From the NCBI GenBank assembly GCA_943704425.1, contig CALSCP010002431.1:129347-193346 (forward strand): 64,000 nt of DNA. The letters are read 5' to 3'. This DNA comes from Ministeria vibrans ATCC 50519. Taxonomy: Eukaryota; Protista; Filasterea. This document shows, one piece after another, positions 12,454 to 25,139 of the stretch (its first letter is position 1; every line of letters starts with the position of its first letter). The notes under the pieces are model-generated. The model was given only the letters and a program-made list of their open reading frames with translations, had not been told where the DNA came from and ran no database searches. Made by a program: the position numbers and the translations under genes.

Positions 12454-14572
12454 ATGACGGCCTTTTTAGCGCTGCTCGTGATGGCGCTCGCGTCGAGCTG
12501 GGCTGCAGAACTTCCACCAGGCATGGTGGATTCATCGTCGACCGAAGCGGGCGTCTCGTTTGACGTCGACAATGTTCCTCGCACGTTCATAGTGAGTTTT
12601 GCTCAACCCGCCACTGCCACATCACGACGCCGCGTTATTGCCATGGCGCTGGAGTCAGTCGACCACGGACACGCCCTTGAGTGGCAGGTGGAGCGCCGAC
12701 CGTCGAATGTGACCGATTTCGATGTGATTGAGGTAGAAAATGCACTGGAGCAAACGAATCCGTGTGCTCATCCCGTCTGCCGAATCTGAGTAGTTTTCCG
12801 TCGGGACAGGCGCATTGAGGATGGAGGATGCGGTTGGGGCGCTACGGGGCGACCCGGCAGTGGCCCATGTGACGCCGCAACGGCGGGTATTGCGGCGACT
12901 GCTGCAACAGCCGCGCAGGCTGGCCCGGTCCATGTTCCGCACGACGCCCCCTCGCCAGGTGACGACGCTGATGGGGGCGGAGCGGATCTGGGACGAGGGG
13001 TACACCGGCCAGGGTGTGTCTGTGGCGGTGTTTGACACGGGTATGCGAGCGGGTCACCCGCACTTTCGAAATGTGGCGACGCGCACTGATTGGACTGACG
13101 AAGGCATTGTTGACGATGTGTTGGGCCACGGCACGTTTGTCGCAGGCGTCATTGCTTCGCAAGGCACTTGCCGTGGCTTTGCACCCGACGCCAAGTTGCA
13201 TATTTTCCGCGTGTTTACCCGCAACCAAGTGAGCTACACAAGCTGGTTTCTCGACGCGTTCAACTACGCCATCGAAATGAAGGTGAACATACTGAATCTG
13301 TCCATTGGTGGTCCCGATTTTTTCGACCGTCCCTTTGTCGAAAAGGTATGGGAGTTGTCTGCAAACGGCATTATCATGGTGAGCGCCATTGGGAACGACG
13401 GGCCGACGTACGGGACGCTGAACAACCCGGCAGATCAACTGGATGTGGTTGGAGTGGGTGGAGTGGACGCGTCGGGGGCGCTGAGTGCCTACAGCTCGCG
13501 CGGCATGACGACGTGGGAGCTGCCTGCTGGGTATGGTCGTGTCAAGCCGGACGTGGTGGCGCTCAGTGAGAGTGTCTATGGCTCAGATATGGAGTCTGGC
13601 TGTCGCGTCCTCTCTGGTAGAAGAATATCGTCAGAGATAGTTGCTGAGAGAAACCTTGCTTAACACAGACTGTATTGATAGGAACCTCTGTTGCGTCGCC
13701 TGTAGTTGCCGGGAGCATTGCGCTTCTGGCGTCGGCCGTCGACATGTCCATCGTGAATCCAGCATCGATGAAGCAGGCGCTGGTGGAGAGTGCGCGCCGG
13801 CTTAGCGGTACAAGTATCTTTGAACAGGGCCATGGGGCATTGCAGCTGCCCGACGCCCTCCGCATTCTCAGAGACTACACTCCCCGTGCAAGGTACTGGC
13901 TCATTGTCTGAGTGAGTGAGTGTTTAGTATGTGTGATCTGTGTTGTACTCACTTTGGTCACTCTGTGAGCTTTATTGTTACGCATTTAAAACAACCCACC
14001 TCCCTCTTTCTATCTTGGACTCACTCTGTGCCTCACAGTCTTCTTCCACCATCACTGGACATGACCGACTGTCCATTCACATGGCCTTACTGCGCGCAAC
14101 CGCTGTACCACTCGGCGCAGCCCGTCATGGTCAACATCACCGTCCTCAACGGCATGGGCGTCTCGGGCCACATTGCCCCGTCGCCCACCGTCCACCCGAT
14201 CAACGCCCTTGCCGCTCACGTTCACATTGACATTGCTCACTCTCCCCGTCTCTGGCCCTACTCCGGCTTCCTTGCTCTCTACATCACGGTCAACCCTTCC
14301 GCTGCTCATCTCTCCGGCTTGGCCATTCTCGACATTCGTCTCACCGTCTCTTCTCCTCCTTTTCCTGGCGAATCTCTTCCCAGGACCACTCAACTCTCCT
14401 TCATCCTAAAAGCAAATATTGTGCCCACTCCCGATCGCTCTAAGCGTCTCTTGTGGGATCAATATCACAATTTAAGGTTTCCTCCCGGTTATTTTCCACG
14501 CGACAATCTCCGCGAAAAGGCAGATCCTCTTGATTGGAACGGTAATAAGAATAATAATAATAAGAATAATAA

Positions 14573-14651
<79 letters not shown>

Positions 14652-16130
14652 TATAAGAATAATAAGAATAATAATAATAAGACATAATAAGAATAATAAT
14701 ATAATATTTTTAAAACGAGGCGTGAAGCCAAGTGAAATGGAACTAAGTTGAGAATCTTGTTAGGGGACCACATTCATACCAACTTCCGCGACCTATTTAA
14801 CGCACTACGCGCCGACGGGTACTTTGTGGAGGTGCTGGGCCATCCTCTGACGTGCTTTGACGCGTCTCTCTACGGCACCCTGCTCATTGTCGATTCGGAA
14901 GAAGAGTCAGTGCAGTGCAACTCCTTCCTTTCTTTCTCACTCTTTACACCCAATTTTGTAGGTTCTTTGAGGAGGAGATTGTCAAACTGTATCACGATGT
15001 GCACGACAAGGGTCTTTCTGTGTTTGTGGCTGGCGAATGGTACAATGCAAAAGTGATGCGCGACAAAATCCGGTTTCGCGATGAAAACGCAAAGCAGTGG
15101 TGGAGTCCCGAGACGGGCGGAGCGAATTTGCCTGCACTGAATGAGCTATTGCGGATGTTTGGAATTGCGTTGGGAGACGGTCTATATGAAGGACTGTTGA
15201 GGTTCCCTGGAAGTGCAGGTAAACACGTTGACGGGAGTGCGGAGTATCCTCTGGCGGAAGATTCGGGTGAGGGTGAAACGGCGTACGATGCGACGTATGC
15301 GTCAGGCTCGAGTCTTGTGCGGTTTCCTGCCAATGGTCGTCTGTGGTTTGCTCCTGTGAATGATATGGTGAGAAGAATTGCTCAGACGAGGGACATGCCC
15401 TTAGCAAAATCAATCTTTTTTTTTGTTTCTTTTTTTGTAGCGACCTGAGATTTTGTTGGACGATGTTAGCCCACACAGTGCAACTGTGCCTGTGCTTGGC
15501 GTGGTACAGACCGCCAGTTCCACTGGCGGACGCATTGCTGTTCTGGGCGACAGCAATTGTCTTGACTCGGCGCACCGCAAGCAAGACTGCTTCTGGCTTG
15601 CTTCCATGATTGTGCGCTTCACGGGCACTCGTCAGCTTCACCCCCTGCTTGCACAGACACTTGGCGCGCCCCTTGCAACCCCATACGCAGACTTTTCCTT
15701 CCCTACCCTCCCCTCTCGTCTCCCCAACTCCCGTCTGCCTTTGCGTTCTCGAGTCCTTGACCATCCTCTTCCCACCTGTCCTTCCGTACTCCGTTTCCTC
15801 CCTGCTTCTCACGAATCATCCCTTCTTCCTCTTCCTCCCTTTCCCAACCTCGATTCCCTTCCAACCCTCACTCCCTTCCCCGGGCACCATCCCACCCCCT
15901 CCAACGACAACATCACTCCCGCCGAGGCACTCGTCTCCTCCTCCGCTCTCACTCTGCCTGTTTTTCTCCTCCTCCCGCTTCTCCTCGTGCTCTTCTTCCT
16001 GCTCCTTCTCCGTCGCAAACGCACCGCCAATTTCCTCCGTCGTCTTTTTGCCGCTGTCTGGCATTGCGCCTCTTCCTCCAAGTCCACTCCTCTCGTCGCT
16101 CCGAACCGTGACATGATCCGCGTTGTCTAA
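12454..16130 (+). CDS. MBTPS1: Membrane-bound transcription factor site-1 protease (subtilase S8)
   Basis: Signal peptide, RRLL prodomain site, catalytic VFDTG / HGTFVAG / [40 protein letters not shown] and a C-terminal TM helix with basic tail. Confidence 0.96.
14542..14705. repeat. (AAT)n microsatellite in an MBTPS1 intron
   Basis: Direct inspection. Confidence 0.9.
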
Positions 16131-16375
16131 ACTGAAACTATACCATTGTGCAACAGTATATTGCACGCTGTTTGTCTATTGTAATTCTAAGCGTGTATTG
16201 TATGTAATTGTAAATGTACAAAGTTTCTTTCCTTTCTCTCTTCCTCCCTCTTTTCTCTCGGTCTCTCTCTTTCTCTCTTGTGACATTTGAAATGATTGTT
16301 TAAAGTGAACTCTCTCGCAAAATATCGTCAACGAGAGACTCAAAGGGAGGAGAAACATCAGACGAAGAGGGAGGG

Positions 16376-17208
16376 TTAAGAGACATGGCCTCGAGGGAGC
16401 GAGGGAGCACGCCGGCCTCAATGAGCTCACGCTGCAACTGGTGGTACTGCTTGAGTTTGCTGTCAAGGCCGTCGGTGGACGATGTGGCTGCAACGGACGC
16501 AGGAGAGCCCGCAGATGGGCCATCGCCGGCCGGTGAGCCCGCCAGTGCGCCACCGGTTAATGGGGCAGCTACATTGGCCCCAGGGACCCGACCGCTCTCG
16601 ACAAACTCAACAAGGGTCCAGTAGTCCCCCTACATCAGAGACAAGAGACAGATAGAAACAGAGACAGAGAGAGAGAAAAAAATGAGAAGGAGGGAGAGAA
16701 AGAAGAGATGATAGAGAAAGAGGGTACCTTTCCAACGGTCAGACGAGGAGTGCGTGTGAAGAGAGGATTTCGAGACAAATTGTGTCGGATTGAATTCTAT
16801 TCACATCAAAGTGAGTTTGTGCAGGAAATCGTTTTGTATATATAATACCGTACCTGCCAGTTTGGAGCGGTGTTGTTCCGATAGTACTCATACTTTGTGC
16901 GGATAAAGTCATAGATGTCTGAGACGAGAACGCCGCCGGTAGGGGAGGCACGAATAGCCTCCTCGATGAGTTGGGCGTAGGAGCGAGAGGGGCGGTGGTT
17001 AGCGGTGTTGGCCCACTCGGCGGTGTCGGGCTCGGAGCGTCGCAGACGGGGAGCGGTGGTCGCGGTGGGGGTGGAGGGAGTCGGAGTCGGAGTGGTCGAG
17101 GTCGGGGTGGTCATTGAGTCGTCAAAGGAGGATGTGGTGGAGGCCATGTCGGCGGAGTTGCGCTGTTGTCTTTGGAGGAGAAACTGTTGGAGATGTTGAT
17201 GTTGTTGA

Positions 17209-17251
<43 letters not shown>

Positions 17252-18954
17252 GCTGCTGTGATGATGGTTGGTAGTGGGCGCTGGAAGGAGGGTGACAATG
17301 GCTGAGTTCCATTGATCGAGTGGGGCGTAGGGTACCCGGGTTCCAGGCAGAGGAGGAGTCGGAAACGGAAGTGGTGGAGAGAAAGGTGGAAGGAGTGTTG
17401 GCGGAGGGGGAGGAGGAGGGAAGCCAGTTCGTAGAGGCGGAGGGTGGGTGACCGGTGGAGAGGACGGCGCCCAGGGTGCGGTGTGTGGGTTGGGGGAAGA
17501 TCTGCTGCTGGTGTTGTTGTTGGTGGTCGTGTTGTTGTTGTTCGGACGGGAAGTTGGTGTCGGAGGACCCGATGGCCACGAGGGACTGGTAGATGTTTTC
17601 AAGTTCGGTTGCGGAGGCCTCGTTGGGCACATCGGTTGTGGATGCGAGTTCGCCACGGCTGTGCCTGTGTTGGTTGTGGCGCTCGATGGAGGGGGAGCGA
17701 GGCCGCGCGGTCGATGAGGCAAGTCCAAATGAGTCTGCAGTGAGATTGACAGTGAGTGGTGCGGCGACAGGTGAGGACGCGACGGCTGCGGCTTGCTCTG
17801 CGTCCGCTCCGGCGACGTCTTCTTCGGCGCTGCCTTCCTCGCGCTTAACACGCGCATTGCTGATCATAATGTCCATGGCTGAGTCGAGCGACATGTCGCC
17901 CGCCAACGCGAGTGATGGCGCCAAATCGGAAGTGGTTCGTCGCACCAGTTTGTGGCTCGACTGTTCCGTCTCTGTACGTTGCGACGAAGACGATGCCGAC
18001 ACCGACACCGCCGCTGGCGCCTGGTGTAGAGGCTGTGGTGTGCGTGGTGGCGCGTGGTTTGCGCGTTTTGCCGCCTCCCTCTGCGCGTGGCCCGAGAGAT
18101 CGAGCACAAAAGTGGACGGGAGGGATTCGCTGCGGGGCCGCACAGGAACGCCCGTCGTGAGGAGCGCAGGGTCTTCGGCGGGGCGTGCATTCTCAGGCAA
18201 GGTGATGCCGGGGGACGCTGGTCCGCATGCATCGCGGCTGTACTCGTCGAGGAGCGACGGGTTGCCGCCATAGTCGACGAGTTCGTCGTCGGCGGCGTCT
18301 TGCGAGTCGTCCAGACTCTCCGGGTCCGATCCGTGGGATTCGTTGACGCCCGCGCCTGGCCGTCTCCGCCCACTGTTGCTGCGACGAGACTTCATGCGCA
18401 CGCGCGTAGCAGCAGCCGTGGCGTCTTCGCTGCCCTTGGAACGAGCGCGCGCAACTTTGCCCGTTCGAACGGCATTCTCGACGGACGAAGGAAGTCTCGG
18501 TTCGGGCGCAGAGACGCGGCGCGATGCTACATTGTGGTTGGGGACAGAGAGGTCGGTGCTTGCGGGCGTGGACGTGGCGATTGGAGCCACCGTGACGCGT
18601 CTCTGGTCCAACGAACGAAAAACGCAACAGAAAAAAAAAGACAAAAAAAAAAAAAGCGGTTGGAAAATTGGAAAAAAAAAAAAGTATTATGTTAGTGTTC
18701 ACTTACGCCTGCTGACATAGGTGAAGACCGTATAGTAGACTGTAGAGGGCCGGGGGTCGATGGAGGAGTGTGGAAGTGGACAAGACGACAAGTCAAAAAC
18801 TGAATTCAGTGAAAATATTAAAATAAAAAGCATTGAAAGATCAAAGGACAAAGACACCGAGCAATACACAAATAATACAATACTGAGTGGATACTCAATG
18901 ATACATTGATACTCACTAGACACTATGGGCTATGATAGTCGGTAGACCATTCAT
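16376..18954 (-). CDS. Forkhead-box transcription factor (FH domain near the C-terminus, long disordered N-terminus with polyQ)
   Basis: Spliced RPSRSYAQLIEEAI...IYDFIRTKYEYY...WQ|NSIRHNLSRNPLF...GK|GDYWTL. The start exon is tentative. Confidence 0.9.
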
Positions 18955-19042
18955 CCGATGAAGTGAGGAGAATGCAATTGTTGAATAGTACAAATAAACA
19001 ATAATAAAACAAAACAAATCTAATTATTATACTTTCTCTGTG

Positions 19043-21723
19043 ATGTTAGGGCGCGTGTGGAGCCAGCTGGTTTGCCGTGGGACGCGACTGGCGCGAGGCA
19101 TCGCAGCGGGCACAGTGGCGCAACGCAACGCAGTCCAAGTGACCGGCAGACGCGTCCCTCGGCCGCTGGCTGGTGCGCGACCGGGGCCATTGGCAGCGTC
19201 GCGCAGGCGTGCCGGGCATGGAGGGGCGCGAGGGGCCGGAGACGCGTCGGGGGCTGTGGGGGCGGCGGCGGCCATTCTCATCGCCTCAACCATCTTCGAC
19301 AGCCACAGCGAGCCCAGCGTGCTCGTCCGCCTGGCCTCTGGCGCCCTTGAGCGCGGCGAGTATGACGAGGTACGTGCGAAGGCCCGGTGCGCCGGGACGC
19401 ATGGCTCGCTGGTGAACTTGTTGTGTGTGTGTTTGGTTTCGTCCGGTCGGCACAGGCACACCGTCTTCTGCAGCAGGCCATTGCCAAGGGGAGTGCCGAC
19501 GCCCACTACCTGCTGGGAACCCTCTACTTCACGGGCACGGGCGTCCCCGAGAGCGCCGAGAAGGCCATTTATCACTTGTGGGTGGTTGTGCGAGCTTTTG
19601 TGCGTCGACGCTCAAAGCCTTTCCCCTTGTTGTATGCTGTAGAGAGAAGGCGGTCGCTGCAGGCCTGCCCGCCCATGCAATTCTGGCGCCAATGCTGATT
19701 CAGTCGGGCTCGTACCGTGGCGTGACGCGCGGCCTGGCCATGCTCGAGGAGGGTGCCGAGAAGGGCTCTGCGCGCTGTCTGCAAACCCTTGGCGAAATCC
19801 ATTTTTCCGGTCTGCATGCAGCTGGCCTCCTGTGGAATGTCACCATCCCTCCAGACATGTACGACCTTGGCGATTTTGTTGTTTTTTATTTATTTTTATT
19901 TTCTCTTATTGGTTGTCTCTAAGACGCTTTTTTCTCTGTTCGTCACTTTGCTATTTCTCTCTATCGCTTTCTGTCTTCTGATGGTGCTTTACTCTGCAGG
20001 GAGCGTTCGTGGGAGTATTTCGTGCGCTCGGCCGCGCTAGACAATCCTGAAGCGCTCCTGATGATGTCCATTGTGCGGTTCACAGAGTACCGTCAACAAT
20101 TGCGTGAGCAAAATGATGCGGATGCAAAGGCAGAAGAAGGAGGAGGTCAGAATCAGGGCAAGCTGGAGGAGGCGGTTCAACTGGTGCGTCAGGCAGTCGA
20201 ACAGGGGTCATCCAAGGCCATGGTAGCTATGGCGACGCTGTACACGACGGGCGAGTTCTTTCCGGTGGACGTTCCACGTGCCGTGTTGATGCTTGAAGGA
20301 GCTGTTGCTGAGAACGAACCAGATGCGCTGGCAATGTTGGGCAACTTGTACTACTTTGGGGCACCTGGAGTGCCGCCTAATTCGGAGCGGGCGTACGAGT
20401 TGCTCTCGCGTGCGCACGAAATGGGTGCGCTGGCGGACAACCCCGACGCACGTCTTGCCTACGCGCAGCTGCTTCGGCTTGGCTTTGGGCCGTCGGAAGA
20501 GCGCAGTGCGGAAGAGGATCATCGTCGGTCGTTGAGTGTACTCAAGGCGATGGTGGAGGAAGGAGTGTGGCTTGCACGCCCTTTCTTTGCACAGGCGGTG
20601 ATGGAGGGCCCGCGCGGTGGAGAGGGCGGAGACATAGCACTTGGGGTGGCGCTGCTCAAACAGTTTGCCTCCAAGGACTGCGCACCGTCGGCGGCGCTGC
20701 TTGCGTCACTGTCGCGTTCGGTGGGCGACATGGAGGAACATGCACGATGGCAGGCACGCGCAGTCGAGATGGGCTGTAGCGACACAATTGTGTCGCTGCT
20801 GTGTGAGCGGGCGGCGACCGCAACGGACGTGTCGACGCTGCGTGAGATACAGGAGACGCTGTATGAGCGAGGGCGTAGAGGGTGCACTGTAGCAACGCTG
20901 CAGCTTGCAGTGAGTTTGCTTGAGGGCATTCCGGGTGTGCAGGAGGCAAATCCGACATTAGGCAAGAGAGTGTTGGAGGAAGTGATCTTTTCAACGACAG
21001 CCAATGGGTCGATGCGTGCGGGACAAATCTACGAGCACGGGTACCACGGAGTTCATGTCGACGTACGACGCGCGGTGCAGGTGTACACGCGTGCGGCGCA
21101 CTTGGGAAATCGCAATGCAATGTACTCAATTGGGCGACTGTACCATGCAGGACTGGTCGACAGCAGCAAGGAGGGCAGGGGAGGCAGTGGTGGTGATGGT
21201 GCAGGGGCGACCGAACCGGACAACGATGCCATTGCGGCGCGCTGGTACCGACGGGCGGCGGATGGGCACTTCCCCCCCGCCATGGCCGCACTGGGCGTCT
21301 TTTATGTGCAAGGTCTGGGCGGACTGCCCAAGGACGAGACACTGGGGCGTCTCTATTTGGTGCGCGCAGCCAAAGGGGGCGTTGGCAAGGCAGCACATGT
21401 GAGCACGAAGAAGTGCTATGAATTCTATAAATATAACTTGTGTGTGTTGTGCGTAGAATTTGGCACTGATGGATGAGGCAGCGGGAGAGTATGAGAGTGC
21501 GTTTGGGTGGCATTCGCTTGCGGCCGAGCTGGGTGTCCCTGAGGCGCATGTGTCGCTGGGACTGATGCACGAGAACGGAGTGGGCACAGCTAAAAATGTG
21601 CGATTGGCGTACGAGGCGTATCTCAAGGCAATTGGGTCGGGGGCGCGGGAAGGGCGCGACTGTTTCACGCGACTACTGCGCGCACACCCGGAAATGATGG
21701 AGGAGAGCAAAAGAGCCACGTAG
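19043..21723 (+). CDS. Sel1-like repeat protein, probably mitochondrial
   Basis: Many SLR units (AHYLLGTLYFTGTGVPESAEKA, ALAMLGNLYYFG, AMAALGVFYVQG, AHVSLGLMHENGVG) and an Arg-rich N-terminus. Confidence 0.85.
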
Positions 21724-21839
21724 TATACACGCTAATTTTTTTTGTCATGTGTGTGTGTGTGTGTGAGTGACTGAGTGTGTGTGTGTGTCAGACTATGATG
21801 ACTATAGAGCTGGGCCAAGTAGGTTTTTTCTGCGTGTGT

Positions 21840-23589
21840 TCATTGTTGCGTGAGATAGTCTCTTGTATAGAGGAGCAGTGCGAGCGGTTGGCCCATTACG
21901 AGTGAGAGCCACACGAGAATATTTCCGTATTGTGTACCCCTCAGCCGTTCGCTCACAATCGCAAGAGGAACCTAAAACAGTCGATGAAGTGAGTAGATGT
22001 GGCTATGTGGGGGTGTGTGTGGTTACTTGAGCAAGCATTGCAAAGAGGGAGTAAAGACGGAACATTCCCAGGGGGACACTGACGAGCACTTCGTGAAAGA
22101 CAGCACTGACAAGAAACACTGCAAGCCAGGCAAACAGACGCGATCGGCCTGAGAAGTAGAGGGGACGCACAAGCGGTAAAGAGAATAAGTGAAACAAGCT
22201 GAAGTTCGGAAAGCAGTAGTGCAGAGTGCGTACCATTGGTCACAATGGGCAGATACAAATGGCGCGTGGCAAACTTGTGGACGGGCAGATTCCACTTGCG
22301 CCAGAACTCAGTAATGGTCGTCGCATTAAACCAGTCTTCGTAGAAGTTACGGTCGGCAAAGCGCAATAGCTGGGGAGAGATAAGAAGAGGGAGTTATAAG
22401 GAGTGAGAGGGTCGTTGAGTGGTTGTACCTCCGAGGTGAGATTGAGAAACGAGTGGAAGAGCAGATAGAAGGCCAAGAGCCACAGAAGAATGTTGATGGC
22501 CGCAAGTTTGAGAAGACGCTGAACGGATGCAAAGACGTCGAGTTGCTCGATCGGCTTCATTGAGTTGAGGACGGTCGGAACAACATACTGTTCGGCGAGT
22601 GAGAGAAGGACGAGAGAGAAGAACGCACATTCGAGTGCGCGTCGGATCACAAAGCGCACACGAATGCGCTGTGTGCGTGGGTATTCGGCCTCGTAGCAGA
22701 GAGTGGGCGCAGCCAGATAGTATGCAATGTTGCCGAACGTGATGTTGTCGGGGTAGTGTCTACATGAAAGAATGAGAATGGCTTCACTCCTTGGTGGAAA
22801 AAGCAACTAACAGTGAGTCGGTGGAGCGCTCTTCGCCGCTTGCAATCCGAGTCTTTTCCGCTTCTCGGAGCCAGGAATTTGTCTGAAAGTACGACACAAG
22901 CTTGAGCCAGACCACCGAAGTGAGAAACATGGCGGGAAAGGCAGTCGCAGGCAACGGACGAAACACAAGCACAAGATAGGACGAAACGACCAGCTCAGCA
23001 GTGACATTGAGCCAATGGACGGCACTGCCCATTCTGGTGGAGAGAAGCCCAAGCGAGATGGCTCGTTCGGTCACGACGGCGATAATCACGTAGACAATGA
23101 GCGCTAAGCAGAGTGCAAGGTCAAGGCGGGAAGACAGAGGAGAGTGAGTGTGTTTCAACGACACACAACGCACAACATAAGCGACAACGACGTACAGAGA
23201 AAGACGGTGAGGGCGGGCCATCCGCGGCTGCTGACCAGCACATCAATCCAATTGAGGGGGCTCACACGCACGCCGTATCTGGATGCGCAGGGCGAGAGAG
23301 CGATGAGACACACAAATCTCGTCATTTCCCTTTCTTGTTTTTGACCCTACTTGTTGAAGTTCTCAAAGGCCATGCGGAAATTGGTAAGAACCAGCAAGAT
23401 GAGACACAGGTTGAAGAGGCCGCGGTAGTTTGAGAAGTCGGAGGCGCTGCTGAGCAGCGACGGCTGAGCTTTGTGCCAGGTCCGTTTGAGGTGGTCGTAG
23501 CGAGGGCGCGGCGCCTGCGGAGCCTCCGACGCCACCGTGGCTGCGTCGATCTTTTCCGTTAGGTTCCGTGCACGCAGGCCGGTGGACAT
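21840..23589 (-). CDS. DGAT1: Diacylglycerol O-acyltransferase 1 (MBOAT)
   Basis: SLLSS...NYRGLFNL, APTLCYE..YPRT, FADRNFYEDWFNA, FWRKWNLPVHKF, VFLVSAVFHE and GQPLALLLY. Confidence 0.95.
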
Positions 23590-23674
23590 TGCCGGTTGGA
23601 GTTGTGCAGTATGCAAAAAAAAATGTGAAATTGAAAAAAGGAGTTTTGAACTTTATCGCTTATTCACTCATTGA

Positions 23675-24697
23675 ATGCAACTGAATCATTCACCAGGTGT
23701 CGACAAGTGTGTTTATTCACTGTATTCGTACGAACAACGACGACAGCGTCACAGCGGCGTAAGTATCCTGTACACCTTACACACGTTTGAGGAAGTAGAA
23801 GAGAGCTGTTGCAATATCGAATCTACTCTCTATATGAACTATCTTACACACATTCACATTATAACACGGGCGACACATGTGAGTATCCTCTCTCCAAACA
23901 CTCTTAACTCTACTTCCAAGGGGCATGCTCCGACACACACACCGTTTTCGATGACCAGGAGAGTAACAGCGACGCCGTTTCCCGTCTACAAGATATCTTC
24001 CAAGATATCCGTGTGATGACTGTATCATTAATAAATGGGTTGTATTCTTCTTCTTCTTCTATAAGGGTGTCGTGCGCGAGCACTGGTTCATCACGCGTCG
24101 ACTGCTGAAAAGCGTTCCTGGGGATGAAGAATCTCATGCAATGCTCGACCACAAGATGACGAAGCATTGATTGTAACCAACGACGAGCTTCGAAAGGAAA
24201 TCGCCGGGTTGGAAAAGGAGGTGAAAGCGCGCTCGACCGGTGTATTCTTCAATTACAGGCTACATGGAGGACTCGCCGTCGTTCAAGGGGAGGGCAAAAT
24301 TCTTATTTCTTAAGGGTGAGGTGAGGTGGAAGCCTCACAGCCCCGTCTTTTTCACCACAACGTGCATACCAGCACTGCCGTCCGCGACATACTCATCACC
24401 TCTCTTCTTCACGGGTCCCCTTCTCGTGAAACCACCTCAGAATTTTTCTCACGTTTTCGCCAAACACCACCCATTAGCTCACCTCTCATCACCGCGACAG
24501 GCCCTAACAAAAAAAAAAAAATCACCGCGACAGGTGACACACTCCGTCCAACAACGAACGTGCTCGGTTTGGCAACCCTGTGCCGTTGTTTGTCTTTTGA
24601 AAAACGAGAGTACCCCTCTACCTCTTCAAACCGCACGCCGCCAGGAGTTCTTTTAGGGCCACCTACGAACACCCCCCATTCGCCGAACACCTCGTAG
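23675..24697 (+). CDS. Possible multi-exon hypothetical protein divergent from DGAT1
   Basis: Short candidate exons between GT/AG sites (DDQESNSDAVSRLQDIFQD; DEALIVTNDELRKEIAGLEKE) and a Ser/Thr/Pro-rich terminal frame at 24326-24697. The full model is not resolved. Confidence 0.3.
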
Positions 24698-25064
24698 CTC
24701 AAATGAATAAAAAGAACTCAAGAACTGATAAAAAGAACAGGCCAGGACTTTCACTCTCAACGTGACGAAAGACTGAGCGACCCAAAGAAATCAAGTAAGA
24801 ATACTCAATTACTGTTAAATTTCGCAATACATGACGTATGAATACTGTATTTATTATTATTATTTCGCACGACGTAACACATTGGCGTTTACAAACACCG
24901 AAACCCACTTCATCGGGCGAAAATTTGTACAGAAATTTACGTAAAAACACAGCTTATTTCCTGATTATTATAATTAACGTTTCTCGCAAATTTGTTTGTC
25001 ATTTTTATTCTTCACTCATCAATTTTTCTTTCAATGAAAATAAAAATTGATAATGACGTTTATT

Positions 25065-25067
<3 letters not shown>

Positions 25068-25120
<53 letters not shown>
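25068..25120. repeat. (AAT)n microsatellite
   Basis: Direct inspection. Confidence 0.9.
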
Positions 25121-25139
25121 TACAACAACAATATCAACT

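Noticed and set aside
1038-23589. Apparent lipid-metabolism cluster (PNPLA, MBTPS1, DGAT1, ADCK)
   Set aside because: The genes are interspersed with unrelated ones and show no sign of co-regulation.
23777-24028. Minus-strand Cys-containing ORF resembling a piggyBac C-terminal domain
   Set aside because: Cysteine spacing does not fit, and no DDD core or terminal inverted repeats were found. A + strand exon model is more plausible.
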